Shown here: positions 16,537-24,392 of the stretch, in pieces
Layout: the number at the start of each line of letters is the position of its first letter
Position numbering within the stretch: the first letter of the stretch is position 1
The notes under the pieces: generated by a model
Told to the model about the DNA's origin: nothing
The model's database searches: none
What the model saw: only the letters and a program-made list of their open reading frames with translations
DNA from: a candidate division WOR-3 bacterium
Lineage (GTDB): Bacteria > Hydrothermota > Tepidihabitantia > Tepidihabitantales > Tepidihabitantaceae
DNA length: 35,463 bases
Reading direction: 5' to 3'
NCBI GenBank assembly: GCA_016935295.1
Contig: JAFGRF010000326.1
Span: 1 to 35,463 of the forward strand
Position numbers and translations under genes: made by a program

Positions 16537-16554
16537 AGTCTCCCGTCGGAGACA
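16537..16554 (+). promoter_or_regulatory. single 18-bp palindrome (UAS-like)
   Basis: AGTCTCCCGTCGGAGACA, preceded by gggacTAG as at the ends of the HTH copies. Confidence 0.45.
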
Positions 16555-16617
16555 ACTCCGGCCGTGGTGCCGCTTGACATCACGTAGCCGAGAACGTTGA
16601 GGTCTGCTGCCCAGCTC

Positions 16618-16632
16618 TGGCCGCGAATGCGC
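16618..16632 (+). promoter_or_regulatory. weaker sigma54 promoter candidate
   Basis: TGGCCG-CGAAT-GCGC(AGT). GG-N10-GC spacing is kept, and it shares the GCGCAGT tail with the other copies. Confidence 0.4.
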
Positions 16633-16735
16633 AGTGTCTGCGACGGCAGCAGTTGGAGCCGTCTCGGTCAAGACAACAAGTACTCGAGCTGTCACGTCGT
16701 TAGCTACATCGGGGTGAGTGTCACGGAAAAGGAAG

Positions 16736-16773
16736 GCTGTCGGCGGCTTGGAGGCTCTCTAGCCGCCGACAGC
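16736..16773 (+). other. perfect 13-bp-stem hairpin ~90 nt downstream of the predicted sigma54 start
   Basis: GCTGTCGGCGGCT-tggaggctctct-AGCCGCCGACAGC. Confidence 0.5.
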
Positions 16774-17025
16774 TCTCGTCAGACCGAGCAGAGCCGCGAC
16801 CCGCAAACCTCCGCAGCCCCTCAGCACGGTCGCCAGAGCAACAAGCCCGGATCCGGCAACCTGCCTTCAGTGTCCTCAGTGCAGCAATCGTGCCAGTCCG
16901 CCCTCCGGACGAGTCTCGAGCACCGCTGCTGGGCAAACCGTACTGCATTCCATCGGTACAAGCACTGGCTGGTTGCCAATGGTCAGCAATCGACGCGCCA
17001 AGACCAGTTGCCCGTCAGGGACAAC

Positions 17026-17043
17026 GTGTCTCTCTGAAGATAC
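17026..17043 (+). promoter_or_regulatory. single degenerate palindrome (UAS-like)
   Basis: TGTCTCTCTGAAGATACA, the same variant as at 17777 and 18579. Confidence 0.4.
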
Positions 17044-17127
17044 AACCATCGCGCCGCTATGACAGGTCAGTCGTCGCCGGACTGCAGGCACAGAGGCGCA
17101 ACCCAGCAACCGCGACCCGGTCTGCAC

Positions 17128-17143
17128 TGGCACGCGACGTGCA
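17128..17143 (+). promoter_or_regulatory. sigma54 promoter
   Basis: TGGCAC-GCGAC-GTGCA(GT). Confidence 0.65.
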
Positions 17144-17155
17144 GTTACACGAGAC

Positions 17156-17404
17156 ATGAAGGACCATGACTTGTTCGCGCCACCAACCACAGCGACGTCG
17201 CCACTAGTGGTCCGGCACCCTGTCTCAGTGCCCGCAGTCTGGCAAGGCAGCCTGCACACAGATGTCTCGACCTCGATTGCCGCGGGAACGGTCATGGCCG
17301 GCACCGAATCGAGCGAGCCTGTTGGGGATCGACGTCCTGTCCAATTAGCATCCGAGAAGCGTTCGGCTGTCCCGGATGGCATTCTCCGGTCGAGGCGCTC
17401 ATGA
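17156..17404 (+). CDS. hypothetical 82-aa ORF, possibly leaderless (uncertain)
   Basis: The ATG lies ~2 nt after the predicted sigma54 TSS. No recognisable domain. Confidence 0.2.
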   Translation: MKDHDLFAPPTTATSPLVVRHPVSVPAVWQGSLHTDVSTSIAAGTVMAGTESSEPVGDRRPVQLASEKRSAVPDGILRSRRS

Positions 17405-17755
17405 GGCTCGGATTCTACCCGCGGACCGTCCGTACGGGAAAAGCCGAGTCGGCGCCGGAATCAACGGAATCGGCAGCAACAACTGACACCAAGTCTCCCG
17501 ACCCCCGCCGAGACAGCGAGGCCGGCCGAGCGCCTCAGGCCGGCCTCGTCTGCCGATCCGACTCGCATGACCTGCCGTCCGGGACTCCATCGGACACTGA
17601 CGCGCCGGCCGCGACAAGATTGGTCAAGAGATCATATTGGACATGCGGCTGAGTCGAACCACTTCCAGACCCAAGAAGCTTTCGGACAGCGTTGGGCTCG
17701 ACCTGAGCCCCGCTGTCAGCAGTCAGAACCAACTGCGCCGGGGAGCGCGACCATC

Positions 17756-17794
17756 TGTCTCCCAACGGAGACCGCGTGTCTCTCTGTAGATACA
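17756..17794 (+). promoter_or_regulatory. paired palindromes (UAS)
   Basis: TGTCTCCCAACGGAGACC (17756-17773) and TGTCTCTCTGTAGATACA (17777-17794), 21-bp phasing. Confidence 0.6.
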
Positions 17795-17887
17795 ACCTCT
17801 CCCGCCCTTTGGTACGTAGAAGCGCACGGATTGCAGTCATGGAGGGGCGCAGGACATGTGATTCAACCAGCACGGCCCGATCCGGAC

Positions 17888-17903
17888 TGGCACGACAAGC
17901 GCC
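17888..17903 (+). promoter_or_regulatory. sigma54 promoter
   Basis: TGGCAC-GACAA-GCGCC, ~100 nt upstream of csbD. Confidence 0.6.
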
Positions 17904-18004
17904 CTGACAAGAGTCTAGAGTGAAGATAACAGCCGCGATGCGAACAACGTGGCGGCAGAGAGCGACCGATAGCGGTCAAGCCAAGAACCGACCGGAGGAA
18001 TCGA

Positions 18005-18184
18005 ATGAAATCGAGTACGCAGGACGAAGCGGAAGGCAAGCTCCACAAGGTGAAGGGTAGTATCACGGAGATTGCGGGGAAAGTCACCAAGAATCGCAAA
18101 CTGGTACGGAAAGGCAAGGCCGAGAAGAGAGCCGGCAAAGCACAGGAGAAGGTCGGCCAGGTGAAGAAGGCCCTTGGGAAATAG
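18005..18184 (+). CDS. csbD: CsbD-family stress protein (59 aa, below the ORF-track cutoff)
   Basis: GGAGG SD. MKSSTQDEAEGKLHKVKGSITEIAGKVTKNRKLVRKGKAEKRAGKAQEKVGQVKKALGK has the typical CsbD repeat pattern. Confidence 0.8.
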   Translation: MKSSTQDEAEGKLHKVKGSITEIAGKVTKNRKLVRKGKAEKRAGKAQEKVGQVKKALGK

Positions 18185-18323
18185 AACGAAGCCGCTCTGC
18201 ATTGCGCCCCGCAACTCCGAGCGAAACGCTGCGGCGCCAGCCAAGGTCCGGCCGATACAGCCGACGAAACAGGGACCGAGATGCGAAGTGAGACGAACCG
18301 GCACCGTGCCCAACGCTAGAACG

Positions 18324-18500
18324 GACGGCGCACTCCATGTTGCCTTGGAGCGCACGGAGCGCCGGGCGGTTGAGAAGGTACTTGCGCAGACAAATGGCAA
18401 CGTCGCCCAGGCGGCTGCCAGGTTGGGCATATTGCGTACGAGCCTCTACCGTATCATGAAGCGCTGCGGAATCGCTACTCCGTCAAGTGCCAGGGACTAG
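18324..18500 (+). pseudogene. second orphan copy of the bEBP C-terminal HTH
   Basis: DGALHVALERTERRAVEKVLAQTNGNVAQAAARLGILRTSLYRIMKRCGIATPSSARD-stop. There is no upstream AAA+ domain, and the frame overlaps the csbD end. Confidence 0.65.
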
Positions 18501-18578
18501 CCCTGTGTATCCTCGAATGTTACATGTCCCTGCGCCGCAATTGAATACGCGAGGCACTCTCGCCTTCCCAGTTCCATG

Positions 18579-18596
18579 TGTCTCTCTAGGGATACA
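18579..18596 (+). promoter_or_regulatory. single degenerate palindrome (UAS-like)
   Basis: TGTCTCTCTAGGGATACA. A weaker TGTATCC-N5-TGTTACA lies at 18506-18524. Confidence 0.4.
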
Positions 18597-18690
18597 TCTG
18601 TAATGCTGTCGCGACCGCTCGCGGGCACACGGACCGCAGTCTAAGAGGCGCGCTGGCCGCGCAAGACGAAGACCAACGCGAGGCCTTTCC

Positions 18691-18706
18691 AGGCACACAA
18701 GGTGCA
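18691..18706 (+). promoter_or_regulatory. sigma54 promoter
   Basis: AGGCAC-ACAAG-GTGCA(GT), ~240 nt upstream of the OMP start. Confidence 0.5.
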
Positions 18707-18953
18707 GTTGTCTAGCCTGGAAGGAAATGAGCAACGTGGGGGCGACAGCGCGAAGTATCTGCAATGCAGTACTACGTTCCACATAGCTGCTGTCGCGTTC
18801 GCGGATGATGGTCGCCCGATCATCCGAGGTCTGCACGGGGTCGGCGGCAGTCCGGTCAACTGTGACGCCTCCCGACCGGCGGCTTGCCGACCCCTCTGAA
18901 ATTGCCGGCAGGGAGTTGACAGGTAATAAGTAGATGACCGCAAAGGAGAAAAG

Positions 18954-19454
18954 ATGAACCGAAAAGTAGTGACCGCGCTTGCCATCGCAAGCATCTGCAT
19001 CGGTGTTGCCGTCGCCCGGCCTCAAGGCCTCGGCCTGGGTCTCATGGGTGGCAACCCTTCCGGGCTCAGCCTCAAGGTGTGGACCGGCCCCCACATGGCG
19101 ATCGACGGCGGGCTGGGCTACACCCTGTGGTACGGGCAGGCACTCAGCTTCCACGGGGACGTGCTGTGGCACACCAACAGCCTGCTGCAGTCGTCGGAGG
19201 ATGGCTATCTGCCGCTCTACATTGGCGTCGGCGCCCGCGTCGTGATGGGGGACAACCACGACTACCCGGACATGAGAATCGGGGTCCGGGTGCCGTTCGG
19301 GCTCGAGTACGTGTTTGCCAGCGTGCCAATCGGCCTGTTCCTGGAAGTGGTCCCCACATTTGACCTGGCTGGGGTACCGACGGACAGAAACTTGTTCGGT
19401 CCGCAGGGGTCAATCGGCTTCCGCTACTACTTCAGCGGGTCATCACAGGACTAG
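18954..19454 (+). CDS. small outer-membrane beta-barrel protein
   Basis: AAAGGAG SD. Signal peptide MNRKVVTALAIASICIGVAVA. Alternating beta-strand pattern, aromatic-rich C-terminal strand GSIGFRYYF. Confidence 0.7.
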   Translation: MNRKVVTALAIASICIGVAVARPQGLGLGLMGGNPSGLSLKVWTGPHMAIDGGLGYTLWYGQALSFHGDVLWHTNSLLQSSEDGYLPLYIGVGARVVMGDNHDYPDMRIGVRVPFGLEYVFASVPIGLFLEVVPTFDLAGVPTDRNLFGPQGSIGFRYYFSGSSQD

Positions 19455-19563
19455 CTACGGGCAGTGCACCTATGATGAGTGATATCGACGAGCAAGCCCG
19501 GCGCGCTGCCGGGACTTGCCCGTGGATAGCAGGCAAGTTCTAAATGTGAAAGGCAGGTAGAGT

Positions 19564-19713
19564 ATGTTCTGGTTAATCGCAATTGTCCTTTTCGTGCTGT
19601 GGGCGCTGGGTTTCTTCGCATTCCACATCGGCACTCCGCTGATTCACGCGCTGATTGTGATCGGGCTCGTGATAATCGTCTGGCGGCTGGTAACCGGCAG
19701 GAGAGTCGGCTGA
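19564..19713 (+). CDS. lmo0937-family small membrane protein (49 aa)
   Basis: MFWLIAIVLFVLWALGFFAFHIGTPLIHALIVIGLVIIVWRLVTGRRVG. Below the ORF-track cutoff. Confidence 0.7.
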   Translation: MFWLIAIVLFVLWALGFFAFHIGTPLIHALIVIGLVIIVWRLVTGRRVG

Positions 19714-19760
19714 GCCGGAGACAGCAAGTGGACATGAAACGCAAAAAGAGAGGTGAAGGT

Positions 19761-19907
19761 ATGTTCTGGGCAATAGCCATCGTTCTGCTGATTCTGTGGC
19801 TGGCGGGCCTGCTTACCCACATCGGCGGCGCGCTGGTTCACATCCTGCTTGTCATCGCCCTGGTGCTGATTATCTATCGGCTGGTGAAGGGCAAGAGGAT
19901 TCCCTGA
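19761..19907 (+). CDS. lmo0937-family small membrane protein, tandem paralog (48 aa)
   Basis: MFWAIAIVLLILWLAGLLTHIGGALVHILLVIALVLIIYRLVKGKRIP. This is the real start inside track ORF 19599-19907. Confidence 0.7.
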   Translation: MFWAIAIVLLILWLAGLLTHIGGALVHILLVIALVLIIYRLVKGKRIP

Positions 19908-19992
19908 GTATGAGAAAGGCAGGGAGCGGGGATCGGATAGCGCGGACTCAACAGGCAAGGAAAGCGGGTAACCACGCAGCAAGGAGCAAGTC

Positions 19993-20304
19993 ATGACTCA
20001 AACAGCAGCCAGCACCGAGAAACTAGACGAAGCGCTGGCCCATCTGAATGAAGCCGCCAAAGAGCGGCGCGAGGAATTGAACAAACTGCTGACGGAGAAG
20101 TATACGGACTTGAAGTCGGCGCTCGGCGGCGCGGTCGGCGCATCCGCGGGTTGGGTCAAGGAACAAGGCAAGGAGGTCGGTGATACGGCCAAGCTGGCCG
20201 CCTCATCCGTTGACCGTTCGGCGCACATGCACCCCTGGTACTACGTCGGCGGCGCGGCGGTGGGCGCGCTCATCCTCGGGTTTCTACTCGGCCGACATCG
20301 GTAG
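19993..20304 (+). CDS. YqjD/ElaB-family (DUF883) membrane-anchored stress protein
   Basis: AAGGAG SD. Helical N-terminus and C-terminal anchor HPWYYVGGAAVGALILGFLLGRHR. Confidence 0.75.
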   Translation: MTQTAASTEKLDEALAHLNEAAKERREELNKLLTEKYTDLKSALGGAVGASAGWVKEQGKEVGDTAKLAASSVDRSAHMHPWYYVGGAAVGALILGFLLGRHR

Positions 20305-20316
20305 ACAAGTTCCGGC

Positions 20317-20685
20317 ATGAAGTTCATCCTCGGAATCATATCAGCGCTGTTCGGCCGCTGGCTAGACCTCGTGCTGGACAGCCTGAAGACCGAAGCGGCC
20401 GCAGTCTATGTCGCCGGGGTCAGGAAGGCGCGCCAGGCATTCATCGCTCTGCTGGGCCTGGCTGTCTTCCTGCTGCTGACGCTGAGCGGGTTCGTGCTCA
20501 TCCATGTTGCTCTCTTCGCGTGGCTGCCCTGGAGCCTGCCGGCCAAGGCGCTGGTGCTGTTGATTCTCGGCGTTGTTTACCTCGGCGGCGGCCTCGCGGT
20601 CGTCCTCGGACTCAGTTCCGACCGGACCTGGATGCGGTTCACAAAGGTTGACCGCATCCTCGCCAACCTGCCGCCCCGGAGGTAG
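20317..20685 (+). CDS. YqjE-like / holin-X-family (DUF1469) membrane protein
   Basis: Two long TM segments in the family-typical arrangement, immediately downstream of the yqjD-like gene as in the E. coli yqjD-yqjE pair. Confidence 0.55.
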   Translation: MKFILGIISALFGRWLDLVLDSLKTEAAAVYVAGVRKARQAFIALLGLAVFLLLTLSGFVLIHVALFAWLPWSLPAKALVLLILGVVYLGGGLAVVLGLSSDRTWMRFTKVDRILANLPPRR

Positions 20686-20728
20686 CTGGTGCATCGCACC
20701 TCATGTCGGTCGAGTCCGATAAGATGAT

Positions 20729-20749
20729 GGTCGCCGCTGAGCGGCGACC
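20729..20749 (+). terminator. hairpin after the stress operon
   Basis: GGTCGCCGC-tga-GCGGCGACC (9-bp stem). No U-tail. Confidence 0.4.
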
Positions 20750-20818
20750 ACGTGGGCAAAGCAGACCGTGAATCCGTTAGTTACGCAGAAAGGCTTCAAA
20801 GAAGCCACAGGAGGTAGA

Positions 20819-22786
20819 GTGAAAGTAAGAGTGTCAGTATTGGCACTGCTGATGTCAGTGCTGCCCGCGCTCGTGTTCGCGTATCCGGGCATCGGCGGCG
20901 GGAAAGGGCTATTGCGCGTCCAGAACGCGCTCGTGGAGGATGAGGCCGGCCTGACGATCTCGCTCCACGCGCTGGCTCGAAACCCGTTGTTCGAGACGCC
21001 GGTGGCTGCTCCCAATTCAAGCGGCTGGGTGGCCGACCTCATCGCGCCCGAGTTGAGCTACGCTCCGGTCGTGACGAAGTATGCCGGCTTCGAGCTCTTC
21101 GGCTCGTGGGGCGGTGTTTTCCAAACACCCAAGTCCTCCACCGAGGACGGCTTCATCTGGGGCTTCCACGACCTGAAAGCGGGCGGCAAACTGTCGATTC
21201 CGATCATCCCGGTCCTCAAGCTCGGTGGCACTGCATCGTACACGTTCCTTGACCGCGAAGTCAAAGATGGCTGGACGGTGCTTGACCCGACGGCGGTGGT
21301 GCAAGCCGACAAGCTCGCGTGGGCCGGCCTCGTTACGCTGCAGTTCCAGGATGTGATGAAGGCGGCCCCGAATATCATGTTTAACTACGGCAAGGTCGCC
21401 GACGAAACCCGCTATGGCGCCGGAGTCGAACTTCAGGGCACGGGCTTCGGCCTGTTTCTCGAAGCGCTGTCCCAGCAACCCAATGTGGGATCGAGCGGCA
21501 TCTTCGACACGGACAACGGCCACATCCATCTCACACCCGGCGTCGCCCTCGGCTCAGTGAGCTCGTCGGTGTTCAAGCTCGCCTACACGTTCAGCTTCGG
21601 CAACGATGCAAGCGGCATCAAGCAGCCCAACGAACTAATACTCGGCGTCTCCTTCGCCACGCCGTTCGGCAAGCGCGCGCCGGCTGAGTACGGCACGATT
21701 ACCGGCACGGTTGCCGATGAGAAGACCGGAGCTGCGCTCACCGCGAACGTCGATTTCCCGGAGAACGAGAATATGGCGTCGTTCACCACCGATGCTACCG
21801 GCGTGTTCGAAGTCAAGAAAGTCAGAACCGGCGTGACGGTTGTCGAGGTAAGCGCCGACGGCTACAATAAGCAGACGGTACCGCTGGCGGTCGAGAAGGA
21901 CCAGGTCGTCAACTACCAGTTCAAGCTGCGGCCGCTCAAGACCTACGGCACGATTGCCGGCACGGTCATTGACGCAGTCTCCAGCGCACCGCTGGCCGCC
22001 CGCATCGAGTTCCCCGGCACCGCGCTTGCTCCGGTGAACGCCGGTGCAACCAGCGGCGCGTTCAAGGTCGACAAGGTGGAAACCGGCGTCTACACCCTGA
22101 CCGCGAGCGCCGACAAGCACATTCCCGCGACCATCACCGTGGCGGTCGAAGACAACAAGCTGGCCACCGCGACGTTCAAGCTCTCGCCGGTTGAGGCCGC
22201 CGTCGCCGTTACCGGCAGAGTCTACGACAAGAAGACCGATGCGTCGCTGTCGGCCACGGTCACGTTCAACAACGTTGTGTACAATACCGACCCGGCGACC
22301 GGCGTCTACAAGGCGCAATTGATGGCCGGCTCCTACACGGTTGTCATCGAGTCGAAGGACTACGTGAAGCAGACTGTAGCGATGGTAGTCGAGAAAGGCA
22401 AGCCGACGGTGAGGAACTTCGAGCTGGTGAAGGAAGGCATGTCCATCACCCTGAAGGGCATCTACTTCGACTTCAACCAGGCGACCATCAAGCCCGAGTC
22501 GCGCCCGGCCCTCGAGGATGCGGCCAAGATCCTCAAGGACAATCCGACCATCAACGTCGAGATCCAGGGCCACACCGACAGCAAGGGCTCGGATGAGTAC
22601 AACCTCTCGCTTTCCGACAAGCGCGCCTGGGCGGTCGTGAACTACCTGGTCCAGAACTTCGGCATCGCGATGAATCGCCTGACCGCCAAGGGCTACGGCG
22701 AGGCGAGGCCGATAGCCACCAACGAGACCGATTCCGGCCGCGCGCTCAACCGCCGGGTTGAGTTCGTCATCCTCGGACAGCAGTAG
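20819..22786 (+). CDS. OmpA-family outer-membrane protein, paralog of 265-2238
   Basis: GTG 20819 lies just after AGGAGG; the track start at 20768 is upstream of the SD. Same architecture as the first copy. The C-terminal half is near-identical at DNA level in stretches (e.g. aagaagaccgatgcgtcgctgtcggccacggtcacgttc in both). Confidence 0.9.
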   Translation: MKVRVSVLALLMSVLPALVFAYPGIGGGKGLLRVQNALVEDEAGLTISLHALARNPLFETPVAAPNSSGWVADLIAPELSYAPVVTKYAGFELFGSWGGVFQTPKSSTEDGFIWGFHDLKAGGKLSIPIIPVLKLGGTASYTFLDREVKDGWTVLDPTAVVQADKLAWAGLVTLQFQDVMKAAPNIMFNYGKVADETRYGAGVELQGTGFGLFLEALSQQPNVGSSGIFDTDNGHIHLTPGVALGSVSSSVFKLAYTFSFGNDASGIKQPNELILGVSFATPFGKRAPAEYGTITGTVADEKTGAALTANVDFPENENMASFTTDATGVFEVKKVRTGVTVVEVSADGYNKQTVPLAVEKDQVVNYQFKLRPLKTYGTIAGTVIDAVSSAPLAARIEFPGTALAPVNAGATSGAFKVDKVETGVYTLTASADKHIPATITVAVEDNKLATATFKLSPVEAAVAVTGRVYDKKTDASLSATVTFNNVVYNTDPATGVYKAQLMAGSYTVVIESKDYVKQTVAMVVEKGKPTVRNFELVKEGMSITLKGIYFDFNQATIKPESRPALEDAAKILKDNPTINVEIQGHTDSKGSDEYNLSLSDKRAWAVVNYLVQNFGIAMNRLTAKGYGEARPIATNETDSGRALNRRVEFVILGQQ

Positions 22787-22807
22787 CGGCCAACCGGTAG
22801 CAATGGA

Positions 22808-22831
22808 AAGGGGAGGCTCCGGCCTCCCCTT
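22808..22831 (+). terminator. intrinsic terminator
   Basis: AAGGGGAGG-ctccgg-CCTCCCCTT followed by CCCTTTCG. Confidence 0.7.
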
Positions 22832-22857
22832 CCCTTTCGTACGCCTCGTCGGTTCGC

Positions 22858-22885
22858 TTGACTTGCCGTAACCGACGCCTATCCT
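22858..22885 (+). promoter_or_regulatory. sigma70-type promoter candidate for the R-M operon
   Basis: TTGACT (22858-22863), 16-nt spacer, TATCCT (22880-22885). The ATG at 22894 would be essentially leaderless. Confidence 0.4.
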
Positions 22886-22893
22886 CTTGCCGC

Positions 22894-23061
22894 ATGGGCA
22901 CGCCCCCAGCCGCGTCCAACCCGGCCCGCGACCTCCTGACTCGCAATTGGGCCAAGAATGACGCCCAGAAGCTCCAGTCCATCCTGCCAAGCAAGCCGGT
23001 CGAGGCCGACTTCCGTCTACTCGACCCGGCCCATCGCTTGGGCTATACTGAAGCCGCATGA
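22894..23061 (+). CDS. 55-aa ORF translationally coupled (ATGA) to the methyltransferase; possibly a remnant of a methylase N-terminus
   Basis: LQSILPSKPVEADFRLLDPAHRLGY loosely resembles the L..LP..SVDLiiTDPPY segment of beta-class methyltransferases, with DPPY degraded to DPAH. Confidence 0.25.
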   Translation: MGTPPAASNPARDLLTRNWAKNDAQKLQSILPSKPVEADFRLLDPAHRLGYTEAA

Positions 23062-24377
23062 AGACCGCGACCTGTAGGACGAACGGCGACAACAACAAGA
23101 TGCTCCCGCTCGACCGGGCAGCCCACGATTGGTACCGATTCGTTCTGTCGTTTCCACCTCACTTGGTGCGTGACTATCTGGAACGCTTTGAGGTAGGGAC
23201 GCAGGACTGTGTCCTCGACCCGTTCTGTGGTACCGGCACGACGCTGGTCGAGTGCAAGAAGCAGGGCATAGCTAGTATCGGGGTCGAATCCAACCCGATG
23301 GCCTGGTTTGCGAGCAAGGTCAAGACAGACTGGGACATAGAACCCGATGGCCTCCGCGATCATGCGTCCAGAGTGGCTGATCTCACGCTTGACCGTCTGG
23401 AGGCTGAGGGCATTAGGGACGATGACGGTCTTCCGTTCAGATTCCGAGATGCCGCCGCAGCCTCCCGCCTGAGGGCTCTGCCCGAGGAAGTCACGAAGCT
23501 GATACTGAAGGATTCCATCAGTCCTCTGCCCCTGCACAAGACCCTCGAGCTAATCGATTGTCTGAACGACCACAAGGACGGACGCCTCCACGACCACGAG
23601 CAGTTGGCGCTTGCGTCGGCGATTGTGGGTCGCATCAGCAACCTTCACTTCGGCCCGGAGGTGGGCGTTGCCACACCCAAATCGGACGCCGCAGTCGTAG
23701 GCGCATGGCTCGACAATGTGCGTACGATGGTCCGTGACCTGAGAGAACTGCGGGAGCTATCGAGTGCGGACTCGACTGTCCTTCAGGCCGACGCGCGTGA
23801 CTTGACCGGGCTACTGAAGCCGGAGTCCATCGAGGCGGTGATTACATCTCCGCCCTATCCCAATGAGAAGGACTACACGCGTACTACAAGACTGGAATCA
23901 GTGTTGTTGGGCTTCATTCGGAGCAAGCAGGACCTGCGCTCGCTCAAACAGAACATGGTCCGGTCCAACACGCGCGGTGTCTATCGTGACGACAACGACG
24001 ACCAGATGGTGTCAGCACATGAGGAGATAAGACGTATAGCCGACGCAATCGAGAAACGGAGAGTAGAACTCGGCAAGACATCTGGTTTTGAACGACTCTA
24101 CGCAAGAGTGACGAAGCTCTACTTCGGCGGTATGGCCCGGCACCTCAAGACTCTATGCCGAATCCTGCGACCGGGGGCGCGGCTTGCATATGTGGTTGGC
24201 GACCAGGCATCCTACCTCCGCGTCATGATCAGAACCGGCACGCTGCTGGCAGACATCGCCCAGTCACTCGGCTACGAGGTTATGGGAGTCGACCTGTTTA
24301 GGACCCGGCTCGCGACGGCAACGCGGGAGCAGTTGCGGGAGGAAGTTGTCTTGCTCCGCTGGCCCGGGAGCAACTAG
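23058..24377 (+). CDS. DNA methyltransferase (N6-adenine or N4-cytosine), motif I before motif IV
   Basis: VLDPFCGTGTTLVECKKQG (AdoMet motif I) and ITSPPYPNEKDY (catalytic SPPY), ~200 residues apart. Confidence 0.8.
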   Translation: MKTATCRTNGDNNKMLPLDRAAHDWYRFVLSFPPHLVRDYLERFEVGTQDCVLDPFCGTGTTLVECKKQGIASIGVESNPMAWFASKVKTDWDIEPDGLRDHASRVADLTLDRLEAEGIRDDDGLPFRFRDAAAASRLRALPEEVTKLILKDSISPLPLHKTLELIDCLNDHKDGRLHDHEQLALASAIVGRISNLHFGPEVGVATPKSDAAVVGAWLDNVRTMVRDLRELRELSSADSTVLQADARDLTGLLKPESIEAVITSPPYPNEKDYTRTTRLESVLLGFIRSKQDLRSLKQNMVRSNTRGVYRDDNDDQMVSAHEEIRRIADAIEKRRVELGKTSGFERLYARVTKLYFGGMARHLKTLCRILRPGARLAYVVGDQASYLRVMIRTGTLLADIAQSLGYEVMGVDLFRTRLATATREQLREEVVLLRWPGSN

Positions 24378-24392
24378 GAAAGGAGATTCAGA

